Origin: Octopus sinensis
Taxonomy: Eukaryota
Length of the DNA: 64,000 nt
Assembly (NCBI RefSeq): GCF_006345805.1
Contig: NC_043024.1
Coordinates: 3,224,001-3,288,000, forward strand
Direction of reading: 5' to 3'
The translations under genes were made by a program, and so were the position numbers. The notes under the pieces were generated by a model. The model did no database searches. It was not told where the DNA came from and worked only from the letters and a program-made list of their open reading frames with translations. Positions 1 through 13,940 of the stretch are shown here, piece after piece (the stretch's first letter is position 1; every line of letters begins with the position of its first letter).

Positions 1-164
1 GAGCAAACTTCTTACCACACAACCATACTTTGCACCTATACATACAGTCATCTTTTTTATCATTGAATTTTGCCAAAGAAAAGTGCGAACCTTGCATATG
101 GCCCACAGTTGACTCGATATAATCTGAACCTCTTTTAGGTAAAGCCATCATACACTTACTTTAC

Positions 165-561
165 TTACTTTACTTTTTACTTGTTTCAGTCATGTGACTG
201 TGGCCATGCTGGAGCACTGCCTTTAGTTGAGCAAATCGACCCCAGGACTTATTCTTTGTAAGCCAAGTACATATTCTATCGGTCTCTTTTGCTGAACCGC
301 TAAGTTACGGGGACGTAAACACACCAGCATCAGTTGTCAAGCGATGTTGGGGTGACAAATGCAGACACACGAACATATGCACACATATACATATATATAT
401 ATGACAGGCTTCTTTCAGTTTCCGTCTACCAAATCCACTCACAAGGCTTTGGTCGGCCCGAGGCTATAGTAGAAGACACTTGCCCGAGGTGCCACACAGT
501 GGGACTGAACCCGGAACCATGTGGTTCGTAAACAAGCTACTTATCACACAGCCACTCCTAC
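165..561 (-). mobile_element. tRNA-derived SINE, family A (octopus-type)
   Basis: Reverse complement of the copy at 26540-26945: head GGAGTGGCTGTGTG...GGTTCAGTCCC (box A/B-like), internal (TA/TG)n, tail GACTGAAACAAGTAAAAAG; more than 10 copies in the window. Confidence 0.85.
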
Positions 562-927
562 GTATGTGCTTAATATAAATTGAGTGCTGTCCAAGCTTTC
601 AACTAGATGTTCAAATCATGTTAGATCAACTATAGGTCATCTCAATCATCATTATTTTCTTTTAACAAGCCCCTAACAATAAAAAAAAATCAACCATTAT
701 AGTAGGCTTCTTAAACATACCCCACCACACAACCAAACACACATTCAACCATCATTTATTTGTGCACATGTTCATATTCCTAAGAAATTTTCATTTAAAG
801 TCAGGTCAAGTCCCATCGCACCGATATGAATTATTCAAAGTAAAAGACTTTTTAAAAGTGTGTGTTGCATTGTCTATATGTTGAAAGACAAAAAAAAACA
901 CACATTCACAAACAACCAAAAAGAAAG

Positions 928-986
<59 letters not shown>

Positions 987-1110
987 TATAGTCTTTTTTG
1001 AAGTCTGTGTTGTGTTGTGTTGACAGACTTGCACTTTAAATTACCATGTTTTTAATCAAAACTTGTTAGATGCTATGGTGACGACACTATCTATTTATAC
1101 AAATGGCATT

Positions 1111-1769
1111 TCCATTATAACCTTCGAACAAGGGAGGTCAGCCGCTTCACACTGCCAGTCCGACAGCTACAGACGCGTTTCGGGGTCAATGTAGCGTAGT
1201 CAGACCCGCAGGTGTTGCCACTGACGTCTCTGTTCGAAGGCTTATATTTACCTAGTTTCAGTTATAATGGATATATGTATATATAAGGTTATAATGGATA
1301 CAGATCGTGTATCAATAGCTATCTTAATGGCGGTGGCCTCATGGAGCTGACCATGGCAGCGATTATTCTTATATCTATAAGAATGCCATATTAATATGGC
1401 GATAACAATTAATTTCCAGTAAACGTTGCCGTAATCTCTTTTATAGAGACTTCGTAATTTTAATATTTCTATTATTGAAAACAAGTGGATGTATTCCACT
1501 GAAACTAGGTAAATATAAGCCTTCGAACAGAGATGTCAGTGGCGACACCTGCGGGTCTGACTGCGCTACATTGACAAGGAGCAATACCCCGAAACGCGTC
1601 TGTAGCTGTCGGACTGGCAGTGTGAAGCGGCTGACCTCCCTTGTTCGAAGGTTATAATGGATACAGATCGTGTATCAATAGCTATCTTGATGGCGGTGGC
1701 CTCATGGAGCTGACCATGGCAACAATTATTCTTATATCTATAAGAATGCCATATTAATATGGCGATAAC
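1111..1769. mobile_element. Penelope-like pseudo-LTR remnant (inverted plus direct repeat)
   Basis: 1111-1262 is the reverse complement of 1498-1661; 1285-1406 is directly repeated at 1648-1769; contains a hammerhead-like fold. Confidence 0.6.
1565..1606 (+). ncRNA. Degenerate minimal type I hammerhead ribozyme
   Basis: gctaca TTGACAA ggag caata cccc GAAA cgcg TC tgtagc: stem I gctaca/tgtagc, core two transitions from CTGACGA, palindromic stem III ACGCGT. The inverted copy (1166-1195) lacks most of stem II. Confidence 0.55.
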
Positions 1770-1784
1770 TGAAAAAAAAAAGCA

Positions 1785-2177
1785 TCTTTATATAAGAGTG
1801 AAGTTGTGTGTCTGTCTCCTACGATTTAGATTCCTAACTACTCCCACATTTTGCGGTGCAGTTTAACCAAAAGCGGGTATCTTATAGTCGTGATTCATAT
1901 CGAGCCCTTCTGGGTATTAGCGTGCGTCTACGATGAGTCTACGATTTAAAAAAATTTACCATCATATTTTTCCATTTTAATGCATTTTTTTCGCTTTTAT
2001 ATAAGGGAAGTAACTCTCTAAAAATATCTACGATGTGTCAACGATTTAAAAAAAATTACCTTAATTTTTTTTCAATTTTTAATGCATTTTTTTGCTACTT
2101 TTTGGCTATAACTCTCTAAAAATGCTTATATAGTTATTTCCCTTACAAACCCGAGCAACGCCGGGCGATACTGCTAG
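1785..2177 (+). mobile_element. Non-autonomous Helitron module
   Basis: A|TC start, subterminal hairpin CCCGAGCAACGCCGGG, CTAG|T end at 2177; near-identical inverted copy at 6795-7201. Confidence 0.75.
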
Positions 2178-2656
2178 TCTTATTATAAAAGGCAGATTTT
2201 ATCTGCCTCCCTTTGTCTCTTATAGAAATCTACAATATAGGATTTCTTCAATTACAATTTACCTAGCATTTTTAAGAGTAGAATGCATCAGGTTGTGCCA
2301 GGTCCAGTTTTTAAAATTTCAACCCCAATTAAGCAAAATTTAGAGAAAACTCACATTGTGGTGTCTAAGTCAAGTGCTTTTCTTAGTGTGGGCTACAGCA
2401 CACACACACGCACACACACACAAACGGAGCGAACTGTTTCACTGACGCTATCACCCTAATTTCTCCTCCTAAAGTGAAAGTAATTCACTTTTTGTAGTGA
2501 GTGACTCTTTCACTCTGCATTCCCACTTCCTCTTTACACACATAGACACGCAAATATATAAATAAAATTGTAAGCTAACGTGTGTGTCTGTGTGTGTGTG
2601 CGTGTGCGTGTGTGTGAGGGTGCGCGTGTGTGCGTGTGTGTGAGTGTGTGACAGGA

Positions 2657-3160
2657 AAGTTTTTTAGGACGAATATAAGACCTATATCCAAGTAGCAGAA
2701 AGATCGCCCAAAAGTGTATATAGATATTTAAATGTATTTATATATTCATCTATACATCTATATGTATGTATAATGTGTGTGTATATATTTCCATAGAGGT
2801 AACCTTTCACTCCATACAAAGTTTTTTAGGACGAAAATAAGATCTACAGTTATCTCTAAGTAGCACAAAGATCGCCAAAGTGTATATAGATATATAATGT
2901 ATTTATAATTCATCTATGCACAATGTATGTATAACGTGTGTGTATATATTTCCATAGAGGTAACCATTCACTCCATACAAAGTTTTTTAGGACGAAAATA
3001 AGATCTAAAGTTATCTCTAAAAACAGAAGATCGCCCAAAGTGTATATAGATATTTAAATGTATTTATATATTCATCTATATACACACATGTATGTTGTGT
3101 GTGTATATATTTCCATAGAGGTAACCATTCAATCCATACAAAGTTTTTTAGGACGAAAAT
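2657..3160. repeat. About 161-bp tandem repeat, about 3 copies, inside the Helitron
   Basis: AAAGTTTTTTAGGACGAA recurs near 2657, 2818, 2979 and 3140. Confidence 0.85.
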
Positions 3161-3394
3161 ATTTATATATAAAAGAAAGGTTGTGTGTCTGTCTACTCCG
3201 ATTTAGATTCCTAACTACTCCCACATTTTGCGATGCAGTTTAACTAAAACCGGGTATCTTATAGTCGTGATTCATATCGAGCCCTTCTGGGTATTAGCGC
3301 GCGTCTACGATGAGTCTACGATTTTACAAATAATTTACCATCATTTTTTTCCATTTTAATGCATATTTTTAAATAAAGGGAAGTAACTCTCAAA

Positions 3395-3875
3395 CTTCAC
3401 ACCAATATGCGTGCTCATATGCGACGTAATATCACATCAGCAGCATTTCCCACACCCTCCTTGCACTTGGCGAAGGCAAAATACCAGGGGATGAAAATGG
3501 TAATATTGCCTCGATTCCATTTGTACCATTGTTAAGACGCCTTCTGATCTCAGAGATGCAGTGTTCCCAGATCTACAAGCTAATTATCAGAATATGGATT
3601 GGATTGGCAAAAAGGCTATACTGGCCCCGAGGATAAAACTGTTCACCATATTAATGATGAAATGCTAAAACTCATTCCTGGGAAGTCTATGTATATCAGT
3701 CTATCGATACAACTCCTGACCCAGAGGACGTCATCACTATCCAATAGAGGTACTCAATTCCTTTGAGCACCCGGGACTACACCACACTTTCTCAAACTTA
3801 AAGTTGGTGCCCCTATAATGCTCATCAGAAATTTGTTCCCCCAAAACAAGCAATGGCACACGCTTGATCGTTAAT
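3395..3875 (+). pseudogene. Helitron RepHel PIF1-like helicase fragment (frameshifted)
   Basis: Manual translation across frameshifts: LHTNMRAH..LLALGEGK..FPDLQANYQNMDWIGKKAILAP..YPIEVLNSFEHPGL..PHFLKLKVGAPIMLIRNL..NGTRLIV, typical Helitron helicase motifs. Confidence 0.85.
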
Positions 3876-3996
3876 CCTTATCTCCCACCGTAAACTTATA
3901 TCAATATTTGCCTGCCTGAATAATCACATAATTCAGTGCAATCTTAACAGTACTTTCAAGCAATTCAGCCCCGAGCACGCCGGGCAATTCTGCTAG

Positions 3997-4014
3997 TATA
4001 TATATATAGATATA

Positions 4015-4076
<62 letters not shown>

Positions 4077-4348
4077 CATAATATATATATATATATATCT
4101 ATTATATATATATATACATATAGATATATATTATATATATATAGATATTATTATATATATATATTATACATATTATATATATATATACATATATATATAT
4201 AGATATACATTATATATATATATATATATACATGATATATATATATATATATACATAATATATATATATATATATACATATATTAAGATATATACTATAT
4301 ATATATACATATATATAATATATATAATATATATATAATATATATACC

Positions 4349-4379
<31 letters not shown>

Positions 4380-4385
4380 TTATAC

Positions 4386-4425
<40 letters not shown>

Positions 4426-4492
4426 ATATTAATATACTATATATATGATAATATTATATACATATATATATATATATAATATCATTATATAT

Positions 4493-4524
<32 letters not shown>

Positions 4525-4617
4525 GATATCTATATATATATATATATATATACATATACGTATATTATATATATATATACCTATACGTATATATATATAT
4601 ATATACATATAGTATAG

Positions 4618-4656
<39 letters not shown>

Positions 4657-5112
4657 TATTATATATACAATATTTATAACATATAGATATATACATATAT
4701 ATATAATACATATATATATATACATATATATAGTATACATATATATATATACATATATTTATACATATATATATATAACATTATATACTATACATATTAT
4801 ATATATATATATATATATATACATATATATATTACATATATATATTATACATATATATATATACATAATATATATATACATATATATATATATACCTATA
4901 TATTATATATAGCATATATCATATATATATACATATATATATATATATAACATTATATATAGATATATCATATATATACTATATATATATACATATATAT
5001 ATATACATATATAATATATATAACATATATATATTATACATTATATATAATATAGTATATATATACATATATATATACATATATCTATATATACATATAT
5101 ATAGATATATAC

Positions 5113-5145
<33 letters not shown>

Positions 5146-5174
5146 CATATATATATACATATAATATATAAATA

Positions 5175-5242
<68 letters not shown>

Positions 5243-5382
5243 CATATACATATAGATATACATATATATATATATATATACAATATATATATACAGATAT
5301 ATATATCACACACACTATATATACATATACATAGATATATATACACACACACACACATTATATATATACATATATATATAAT

Positions 5383-5415
<33 letters not shown>

Positions 5416-5693
5416 ATATATATAATATTACAATATACTATATACACACACACACACACATATATATTATATATATATACATATTATATATACATATATA
5501 TACACACTATATATATCTATAATATATACATATATATATATATACATATATATATACACACACACATATATATATACATATATTATACACACATATATAT
5601 ATATCTATATATATATACATATATATATATACATATATATAACACACAACACTATATATATACATATTATATATATATATACATATATATTAT

Positions 5694-5724
<31 letters not shown>

Positions 5725-5759
5725 CATATTATACATATATTATACACACACACCACACA

Positions 5760-5791
<32 letters not shown>

Positions 5792-5852
5792 CAGATATAT
5801 ATACACACACACACACATATATATTATACTATATATATATACATATATATAG

Positions 5853-5888
<36 letters not shown>

Positions 5889-5940
5889 TATATACATATA
5901 TGTATACACACACACATATTATATATATACATATATATAT

Positions 5941-5973
<33 letters not shown>

Positions 5974-6052
5974 CACACCACATATATATATACTATATTA
6001 TACATAATATATATACAATATATATACACACACACACCATATATATATATAT

Positions 6053-6117
<65 letters not shown>

Positions 6118-6131
6118 CCACACACACACAC

Positions 6132-6193
<62 letters not shown>

Positions 6194-6468
6194 ATATATA
6201 TATATGTATAATATATATATATATGTGTGTGTGTATATATTATATATGTATATATATATATATATGTGTGGTGTGGTGTATATATATATGTATATATATA
6301 TATGTAATATATATATATATATGTGTGTGTGTGTGTATATATATATGTATATATATTATATGTGTGTGTGTGTGTGTGTCTATACATATGTATATATATA
6401 TGTATATATATATATGTGTGTGTGTGTGTGTATATATATGTATATATATATTGTATATATATTATATA

Positions 6469-6501
<33 letters not shown>

Positions 6502-6794
6502 GTTATATATATATATCTGTGTGTGTGTGTGTGTATATATATATGTTATATATATATATATGTATATATATATATGTGTGTGTGTATATATATATGTATA
6601 TATATATATGTATATATATTAGATATATATGTGTGTGTGTGTGTATATATATATATGTTATATATATATATATATATATATGTGTGTTGTGTGTGGTGTG
6701 TGTGTGTGTGTATATGTATACAATATATATATGTATACACACACACATATATATATATATACATATTATACACACACACACACATATATATATA
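3997..6794. repeat. 2.8-kb compound (AT)n/(AC)n/(GT)n microsatellite
   Basis: Directly visible; all YI/CV/HT-repeat ORFs here are artefacts. Confidence 0.97.
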
Positions 6795-8308
6795 CTAGCA
6801 GTATCGCCCGGCGTTGCTCGGTTTGTAAGGGAAATAACTATATAGCATTTTTAGAGAGTTTATAGCAAGAAATAGCAAAAAAATGCATTTAAAATTGAAA
6901 AAAAATTAAGGTAAATTTTTTTAAATCGTTGACACATCGTAGATTTTTAGAGAGTTACTTCCCTTATTTAAAAGCGAAAAAAAAAGCATTAAAATGGAAA
7001 ATATGATGGTAAATTTTTTTAAATCGTAGACTCATCGTAGACGCACGCTAATACCCAGAAGGGCTCGATATGAATCACGACTATAAGAAACCCGCTTTGG
7101 TTGTAAAACTGCCACCGCAAAATGTGGGAGTATTAGGAATCTAAATCGTAGGAGACAGACACACAACTTCACTCTTTATAAAGATGCTTTTTTTTTTCAG
7201 TCATAGAGTTAGATTATGAAGGTGTTCTGTAGAAAATCCTTCGAATTCTGACTCGCTGCTTGATATAATGAAATTCGTATCCATTTTTTGTCAGAATTAC
7301 AAATTTTGAAAACACAATAGGAACAAATTTCGGAAAAAATCTCCCATAATTCAGGGAATTAAAATTACACTTCGAGTTTTGTACAAAAAACTGTAGTGAA
7401 GTGTTTACGAAGTATAATACGTGTTTTCACGAATGTACTAAAGAGATTTGCTCTGATATTCTCATTTAAATATGAATAGGTAAATTGGGTCGGGCGGCTT
7501 GGTAATTATATAAGTGTCGTCTGTTTATACATAAACACTGTTTCATACTGCAATTATATATACATATATCTTATATAATATTATATAATAAAATATATAC
7601 AGAGTAAAATAAAAACCAATTTACCTTTTCTGTCCGTCCGTGTGTCTTTGCAAATGTGTTGGAATGATAAGTGAGTTGAGTTTTGGCGGCTTTTTTAATA
7701 ATAACAAACACACACGTTTTTGTATGTAGTTGTATGTGTATGTAGTTGTATGTAGTTGTATATGTATGTGTATGCGTGTGTGTGAGGAATGACACACACA
7801 CACTCACGCACGCACACATGTACATCAATGCTTTCGGAGTGATATGTTAAAATATTGAGTTTTCTCGAATTTTGTCTTCATTGGTGGTAAAATTGAAAGA
7901 AATTTTTTATGGCATCACCCACTGAAGTACTCTGAAAAATCTTAGGTAAATTCTAATTGAAGAAATTGTGTGAGGAGTAAATGGTTATGTATTTATTTGT
8001 TTCTGTTTGCTGTGTTTTTTTATTTTTTGAGTAGTGGTTTAAATACTTTCAGTTTAGTCTCCTCAAATCACTCTGTCGCTATTTACTTTCATTTTATCGT
8101 TGCACACTGTGTGTGTGCGTTTGCGTGTGCTGTAAACCAGACTAAGAAAAGCATTTGACACACACACCAGAATGTGAGTTTTCTGTAAATTTTGCTTAAT
8201 TGGAGTTTAAATTTTAAAAACTGGACCTGGCATGACGCGATGCATTCTACTCTTAAAAGTGCTTGGTAAATTGTAATTGAAGAAATCCTATATTGTAGAT
8301 TTCTATAA
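6795..8308 (-). mobile_element. Composite non-autonomous Helitron, minus strand
   Basis: 3' CTAG plus hairpin at 6795-6822; 6795-7201 is the reverse complement of 1768-2177; about 8150-8308 is the reverse complement of about 2220-2385. Confidence 0.7.
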
Positions 8309-8394
8309 CTGACAAATGTATGTATATGTTTGTATATGTAAGTATTCGTATGTTGTATTTATATATATGTGTATTTATGTTTCTTTCTGTGCGT

Positions 8395-8455
8395 ATTCCA
8401 CTGATGAGGCAAAGAGCATTCCTAAATGCAAATCCAGAAATCCGGGATCTGGAAT
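8395..8455 (+). ncRNA. Type I hammerhead ribozyme candidate
   Basis: attcca CTGATGA gg..gcatt-cct-aaatgc..cca GAAA tccggga TC tggaat: 6-bp stem I, intact core, UC cleavage site; base of stem II imperfect. Confidence 0.6.
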
Positions 8456-8616
8456 TATCCAGTAATTTTTTACAAGTTTTATCTTGTCTCTTTGTCTTCT
8501 CTCCGTGTTGTTATATGGACACTTAAGGTGATTTTAGAGTCAGATCATGGCTGCTATTTTCAGCATGGTGGTATTTCGTAGATACCCTAATTCAAAATTT
8601 TATATATATATATATA

Positions 8617-9350
8617 TTGGGTTGACTAGAAAGTTCGTGCCGATTTTTAAAGGAAAGAAAACGGTCAATAAATACTTGCCATTATATTTTTAATGAACCA
8701 AATATGAACCATTTTGTTGCACAATGCATCTCCATCTTTCCTTTAACTTGAAAATACCCTCTTCCCAGAATCAATGTGGTTTCATGGCAAAGAATTCATC
8801 GAGGTATCTTTTTATGTCATCCAAGGAATTGAAATTTTTACCATTAAGACTATTCTGCAGAGACCTGAATAAGTGGAAATTCGAAGGAGCAATATCTGGT
8901 GAATATGGAGGGTAGGGTAACACATCCCAGCTGAGCTGTAGCAATTTTTGTCTGGTTTTCCAAGAAATGTGCGGTCTTGCATTATCATGTTGGAAAACAA
9001 CACCCTTCCTGTTGGCCAATTCTAGATGTTTCTCTTGAATTGCTGCTTTTAACTCTTCCAGTTGTGTGCAGTATTTCTCAGAATTTATTGTCCGGTTACT
9101 TGGGAGAAGCTCATAGTACAGAATTCCTTTCCAATCCCACCAGAAACAAAGCAAGATTTTTTTAGGGTGAAGACCTGCTTTTGGGGTGGCTAAGAGTGGC
9201 TCATGTCGCTTAGTCCAGGATCGTTTTCTCTGAACATTTCGGTAGATAATCCATTTCTCATCACCTGTTACAATTTGCTTTAAAAAAACGTGCATTTTCA
9301 TTCCGTTTATAAAGTGAATCACAGATGGAAATGTGATCCAAAAGGTTTTT
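8617..9350 (-). mobile_element. Truncated mariner transposon (catalytic half)
   Basis: ORF 8771-9463 contains IVTGDEKW, FQHDNARPH, YSPDIAPSNFHLF; TIR TTGGGTTGACTAGAAAGTTCGTGCCGATTT after TA at 8617. The first ~40 aa of the ORF are SINE read-through. Confidence 0.92.
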
Positions 9351-9384
9351 TCTAATTTATATTTTATATATATATATATATATG

Positions 9385-9750
9385 AATGTGGCTGTGTGGT
9401 AAGTAGCTTGTTTACGAAACACATGGTTCCAGGTTCATTCCCACTGTATGGCACTTTGGGCAAGTGTATTCTACGATAGCCTCAGGGTGACCAAAGCCTT
9501 GTTAGTGGATTTGGTAGATGGAAACTGAAAGAAGCCTGTTGTATATATGTATATATGTATGTGTGTGTATATGTTTGTGTGTCTGTGTTTGTCCCCGCAA
9601 CATCGCTTGACAACCGATGGTGATGTGTATGTCCCCGTAACTTAGCGGTTCAGCAAAAGAGACCGATAGAATAAGTACTAGGCTTACAAAGAATAAGTCC
9701 TAGGGTTGATTTGCTCAACTAAAGGCAATGCTCCAAGTAAAAGAATAGAG
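9385..9750 (+). mobile_element. SINE family A
   Basis: Matches 26540-26945. Confidence 0.85.
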
Positions 9751-10022
9751 TAATATATATATAAATGTATACATTGCTGATGGTAGAGTGTGATTGGAGG
9801 AAAAATTGGTTGCTGGTCAGTTACCCATGTAAAGTCTCATACATTCGCTTGCTGATTGGTGTTGTTGCTGTTGTTACTGCTTCTGCTGCTGTTGTTGTTG
9901 TTTTACCCAAACATTGGTAAAAGTGCTCCTATGATTAAGAACCATTCCAACAATGACCATTCCATCTGTTACAGTTTTTTTCAAGTACTATGTATCTAAA
10001 CAACATGATCCAATCGGTCCTA

Positions 10023-10338
10023 CCCTTTTGCTTCCATATTTCTGTTGAAATGCATTCTTATTGTTTCAATTCATTTTTGAAATAATGAAGAATTTAGAAA
10101 AATAACTTTGTCGTTATTCAGCTGGTATTTGGAACATTGATTTTCTTTTATTCGTTTCAGTCATTTTGACTGCAGCCATGCTGGAGTACCGTCTTTAGTC
10201 GAGCAAATCGACCCCAGGACTTATTCTATCGGTCTCTTATGCGGAACCACTAAGTTACGGGTTCGTAAACACACCAGCATCGATATCAAGCAATGTTGGG
10301 ACACACACACACACACACACAAAAATATACACACACAC

Positions 10339-10369
<31 letters not shown>

Positions 10370-10402
10370 TATATGTATACACATATATATATATATATAT
10401 GT

Positions 10403-10444
<42 letters not shown>

Positions 10445-10732
10445 GACGGGCTTCTTTCAGTTTCCGTCTACCAAATCTACTCCCAAGGCTTTGGTCGGCC
10501 CGAAACTATAGAAGACACTTGCTCAAGGTGCCATGCAGTGGGACTGAACCTGGAACCATGTGGTTGGTTAGTAAGCTACTTACCACACAGCCACTCCTGC
10601 GCCTATATGAAATTCATATGATATGAAATTAATATGAAATTTTGATGGAAAGTTTTATTTTAAACAATTTTAAAAGAGTAAGGTTATATCATAGATCCAA
10701 GGTCAATCTCAAGCACGTTGGTCTGAAAAGGG
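10023..10732. mobile_element. piggyBac-like MITE interrupted by a family A SINE (10143-10606, minus)
   Basis: CCCTTTTG...AAAAGGG ends; internal sequence homologous to 61555-61768 and 45111-45872. Confidence 0.55.
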
Positions 10733-11234
10733 TCAAGAATATAATTTGAGGGACATTTGGTTGTTATGAAGACACTCGTTCATTCATTTCATAGCCTATT
10801 ATGTTACTGGGTAGTAAGACTGGTGCATCATTAATGAGGTAGGTAGATAGGTAGATAGATAGGTAGGTAAGTTGATATGCAGGTAGGTGTATAGTGAAAG
10901 AGATATGTAGGTAGGTAGGCATGTATGTATTTATGTATACAAGTTGATATGCAAGTAGGTATATAGTCAAAGAAGGCAGATAGCTGGGTAGGTAGGTAAG
11001 TAGATAGGGAAATATGTATGTATGTAGGCATGTATATAAGTGTGTGTGCATGCGCGCGTGTGTGTGTGTGTGTGTATGTGTGTAATTAGATACGGAGGTA
11101 GGTTTGAAAGGCAGTGTGTATGTGTACAGATAAATATGTATGTGTAGATAGGTATGTAGGTAGACAGGTAGGTATGTAAATAGGTAGGTAGGTAGGTAGG
11201 TAGGCAGAAAAAGATCATTGTATACGTTAAATTA

Positions 11235-12476
11235 TGGCAAACTGGCAGAATCGTTAGCATGCTGGGCAAAATGTTTAGAGGCATTTTGTCCATCTTTATA
11301 GTCTGAGTTCAAATTCTGCCAAGGATCGATTTCGCCTTTCATCTTTTCAGGGTCAATAAATTAAGTATTAGTCAAGTACTGGGGTCAAATTCCAGGCCTT
11401 GTGTCTTTAGTAGAAAGGATTATTTCTCTAAATCTCTTGAGAAAACACTTCCAGAACCAACAAAAGGGCCTTTACACTATTACTGGACCTGCTGTTTAGA
11501 AATTAACTATTTACCTACCTACCAACTAATAAGCACACACACACACACACACACATGGAGGAGTTACTGGGTGTAGTCAGTTACTGACAGCCCAACAATG
11601 CAACAGGTTGTACATGTGGTGGTGGTGGCAGTGCTGCTACTGATCTTCCTTCTCCTCCCCCTCCTACACCACCTCCCCCTCAGCCATCTCCTCCACCATC
11701 TCCACATCCTCCTCTTGTTCTTTGCTGACTTGCAGATTACTTGGCAACCACACTAGTGCTGTTGCCACTTAAAAAACTACCCGGAACACTTGGTGGATGT
11801 TAGGAAGTGCATCCAGCTGTAGAAACCATGCCAAAGCTGACCTTGAGTACGATGCAGCCCTGGGGTTTACTGGATCCTATCAAACCATCAAGACCTTGCC
11901 AGCATGGTTGTGGTGGTGGTGGTGGTGGAGGAGGAGGAGCCATAACTCAAGAATCAGCCATCACACGAGAATATGCTTATGAGAATATACCAGAAATATA
12001 TTCATAACATTGATTTCAAAATTTGAGCACAAAGCCAATAATTTTAAGGAGAGGGGTTATGTCAATTACATCAATGTCTAGTACTTGACTGGTACTTATT
12101 TCATTGACTTCCAGGAGGATGAAAGGTAAAGTTGACCTCAGGGGAATTTGAACTCAGAACATAAAATTGGACAAAATGCCACTGAGCATTTTGTTTGGCG
12201 TGCTAATGATTCTGCCAGTTCACCACCTTCATAATAATAATAATATAATAATAATAATCCTTTCTACTAGAAACACCAGGCCTCAAATTTGGGGGAAGGT
12301 ATTAAGTCAATTACATCAACCCCAGTGCGTAACTGGTACTGACTTTATCAACCCCTAAAGGATGAAAGGCAAAGTTGACCTCAGCGGAATTTGAACTCAG
12401 AACATAAAGACAGAAATACCACTAAGCATTTCGCCTGGCATGCTAACGATTCTGCCAGCTTGCCACCTTTTTAATA

Positions 12477-12511
<35 letters not shown>

Positions 12512-12717
12512 AATTTCATATTTTGGCACAAGGCCAGCAAGTTCATGGAAGGAATTGAATCGATTACATTGACCCCAGTGTATAACTGGTACTTATTTCA
12601 TTGACCTGGAAAGGATGAAAGGCAAAGTTGATCTAGGTGGAATTTGAACTCAGAACGTAAAGATAGATGAAATGTTGCAAAGCATTTTTCCTTGTGTGCT
12701 AACAATTCTGCCAGCTA
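11235..12717. mobile_element. Cluster of SINE family B copies (one plus at 11235-11425; three minus at about 12020-12230, 12258-12470, 12520-12717)
   Basis: Shared head GCTGGCAGAATCGTTAGC, box B GAGTTCAAATTC and core GACTTTGCCTTTCATCCTTT..GGGTCGATAAA..AGTACCAG; copies separated by (AAT)n. Confidence 0.8.
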
Positions 12718-13940
12718 TATTCATAACTAGTGTATTCGTAATTAATGTAAAAACTGCATTCCATGTGGATCTTTAAGCTAGCTCCTGCGGAGAGCTGACT
12801 GGGCCTGTGGCCCAAAACTAAAGAGAGCTAAACAGCATGGCTACAATACATCTATAATGACTATATGCCTCCGTGATGTTTGATCAGAGGTTAAGGATGG
12901 ATGAGAATTAATTCTGTAATGCAATCATTCTATTGTTTCAGTCCCAAGTTGAATTCCAACTGCTGGCCACTTTGTACCAAAGTCTTTATCTCGATGTAAA
13001 ATTAACAAAGCAAATGTCTCTCCCTTGATCTGTGACATCATCTGACAAACGCCAACTAACATGGCATGAATCAGCCAAGCTTTATCTGCTAGAAACAGCA
13101 ATCCAAATGCTTTTAAATCAGATCCTAATGCTGGATGTTCAAGAACCAAAGGAAGGGCAGATTTTCAATCTGGGGATCATCCTGATCCCAAAACGGTATA
13201 ATATGTCTATGTAGAGCGAATATAGACTGAAATACAGGGGTCCCAGACGGACAGACAGAATTCTGTTTTTATTAATATAGATATTACTGTCTCATAATAA
13301 TAACCAGATCACACAAGAATCTATTCAATAAATAAGGTAACCATAATGTTTACCGTGTTAGGGTAGAAGACGAGGCTGTCATTGTATCATAGTAAAGGAA
13401 CTGTGTCAAAACATTTGATATTTACAGGAACATGGATGTGTCTATAGTGAAAGACAAGAGAAGAATAACAATAGCACACATACATATATGTACATGCACA
13501 CATATACACGGATACTCACATACATACTCACGCATACATCCACACTCTTGTCTGAAATTTGCTGGCATATAATTACATGACACCACTGTTGTGACATAGC
13601 TGTGGACGGGTATGGACAACTATGTGTGTATGTGTAGGTGTGTAAGTATATGCATATGTATCTATACTAGCATGTATGTATGTATGTATGTGCATTACAC
13701 TGTTGCAATGTATCAGATAAAGGTACTGTTTGTTGACCTTTTAAATTTATACATATATATGTGTGTATGTATGCATGTATACATGTATGTATGTATATAT
13801 GTATGTATGTATGAATGGATGGATGGATGTGTATGTATACATGCATATATGGAGTATGGATGTATGTGTATGTATGCACGCATGCATGTATGTATGTGTT
13901 TATGGATGTATGTATATGTATGTATGTATGCAAGATTATA

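Larger units (their letters stand above)
2178..3996 (+). mobile_element. Composite Helitron with PIF1 helicase remnant
   Basis: TC start right after the previous CTAG; 3' CCCGAGCACGCCGGG...CTAG|T; internal second copy of the 1785 head (about 3165-3390) and a helicase fragment. Confidence 0.75.

Noticed and set aside
4492-6865. Many YI/CV/HT-repeat ORFs (also throughout the window)
   Set aside because: Translations of dinucleotide microsatellites.
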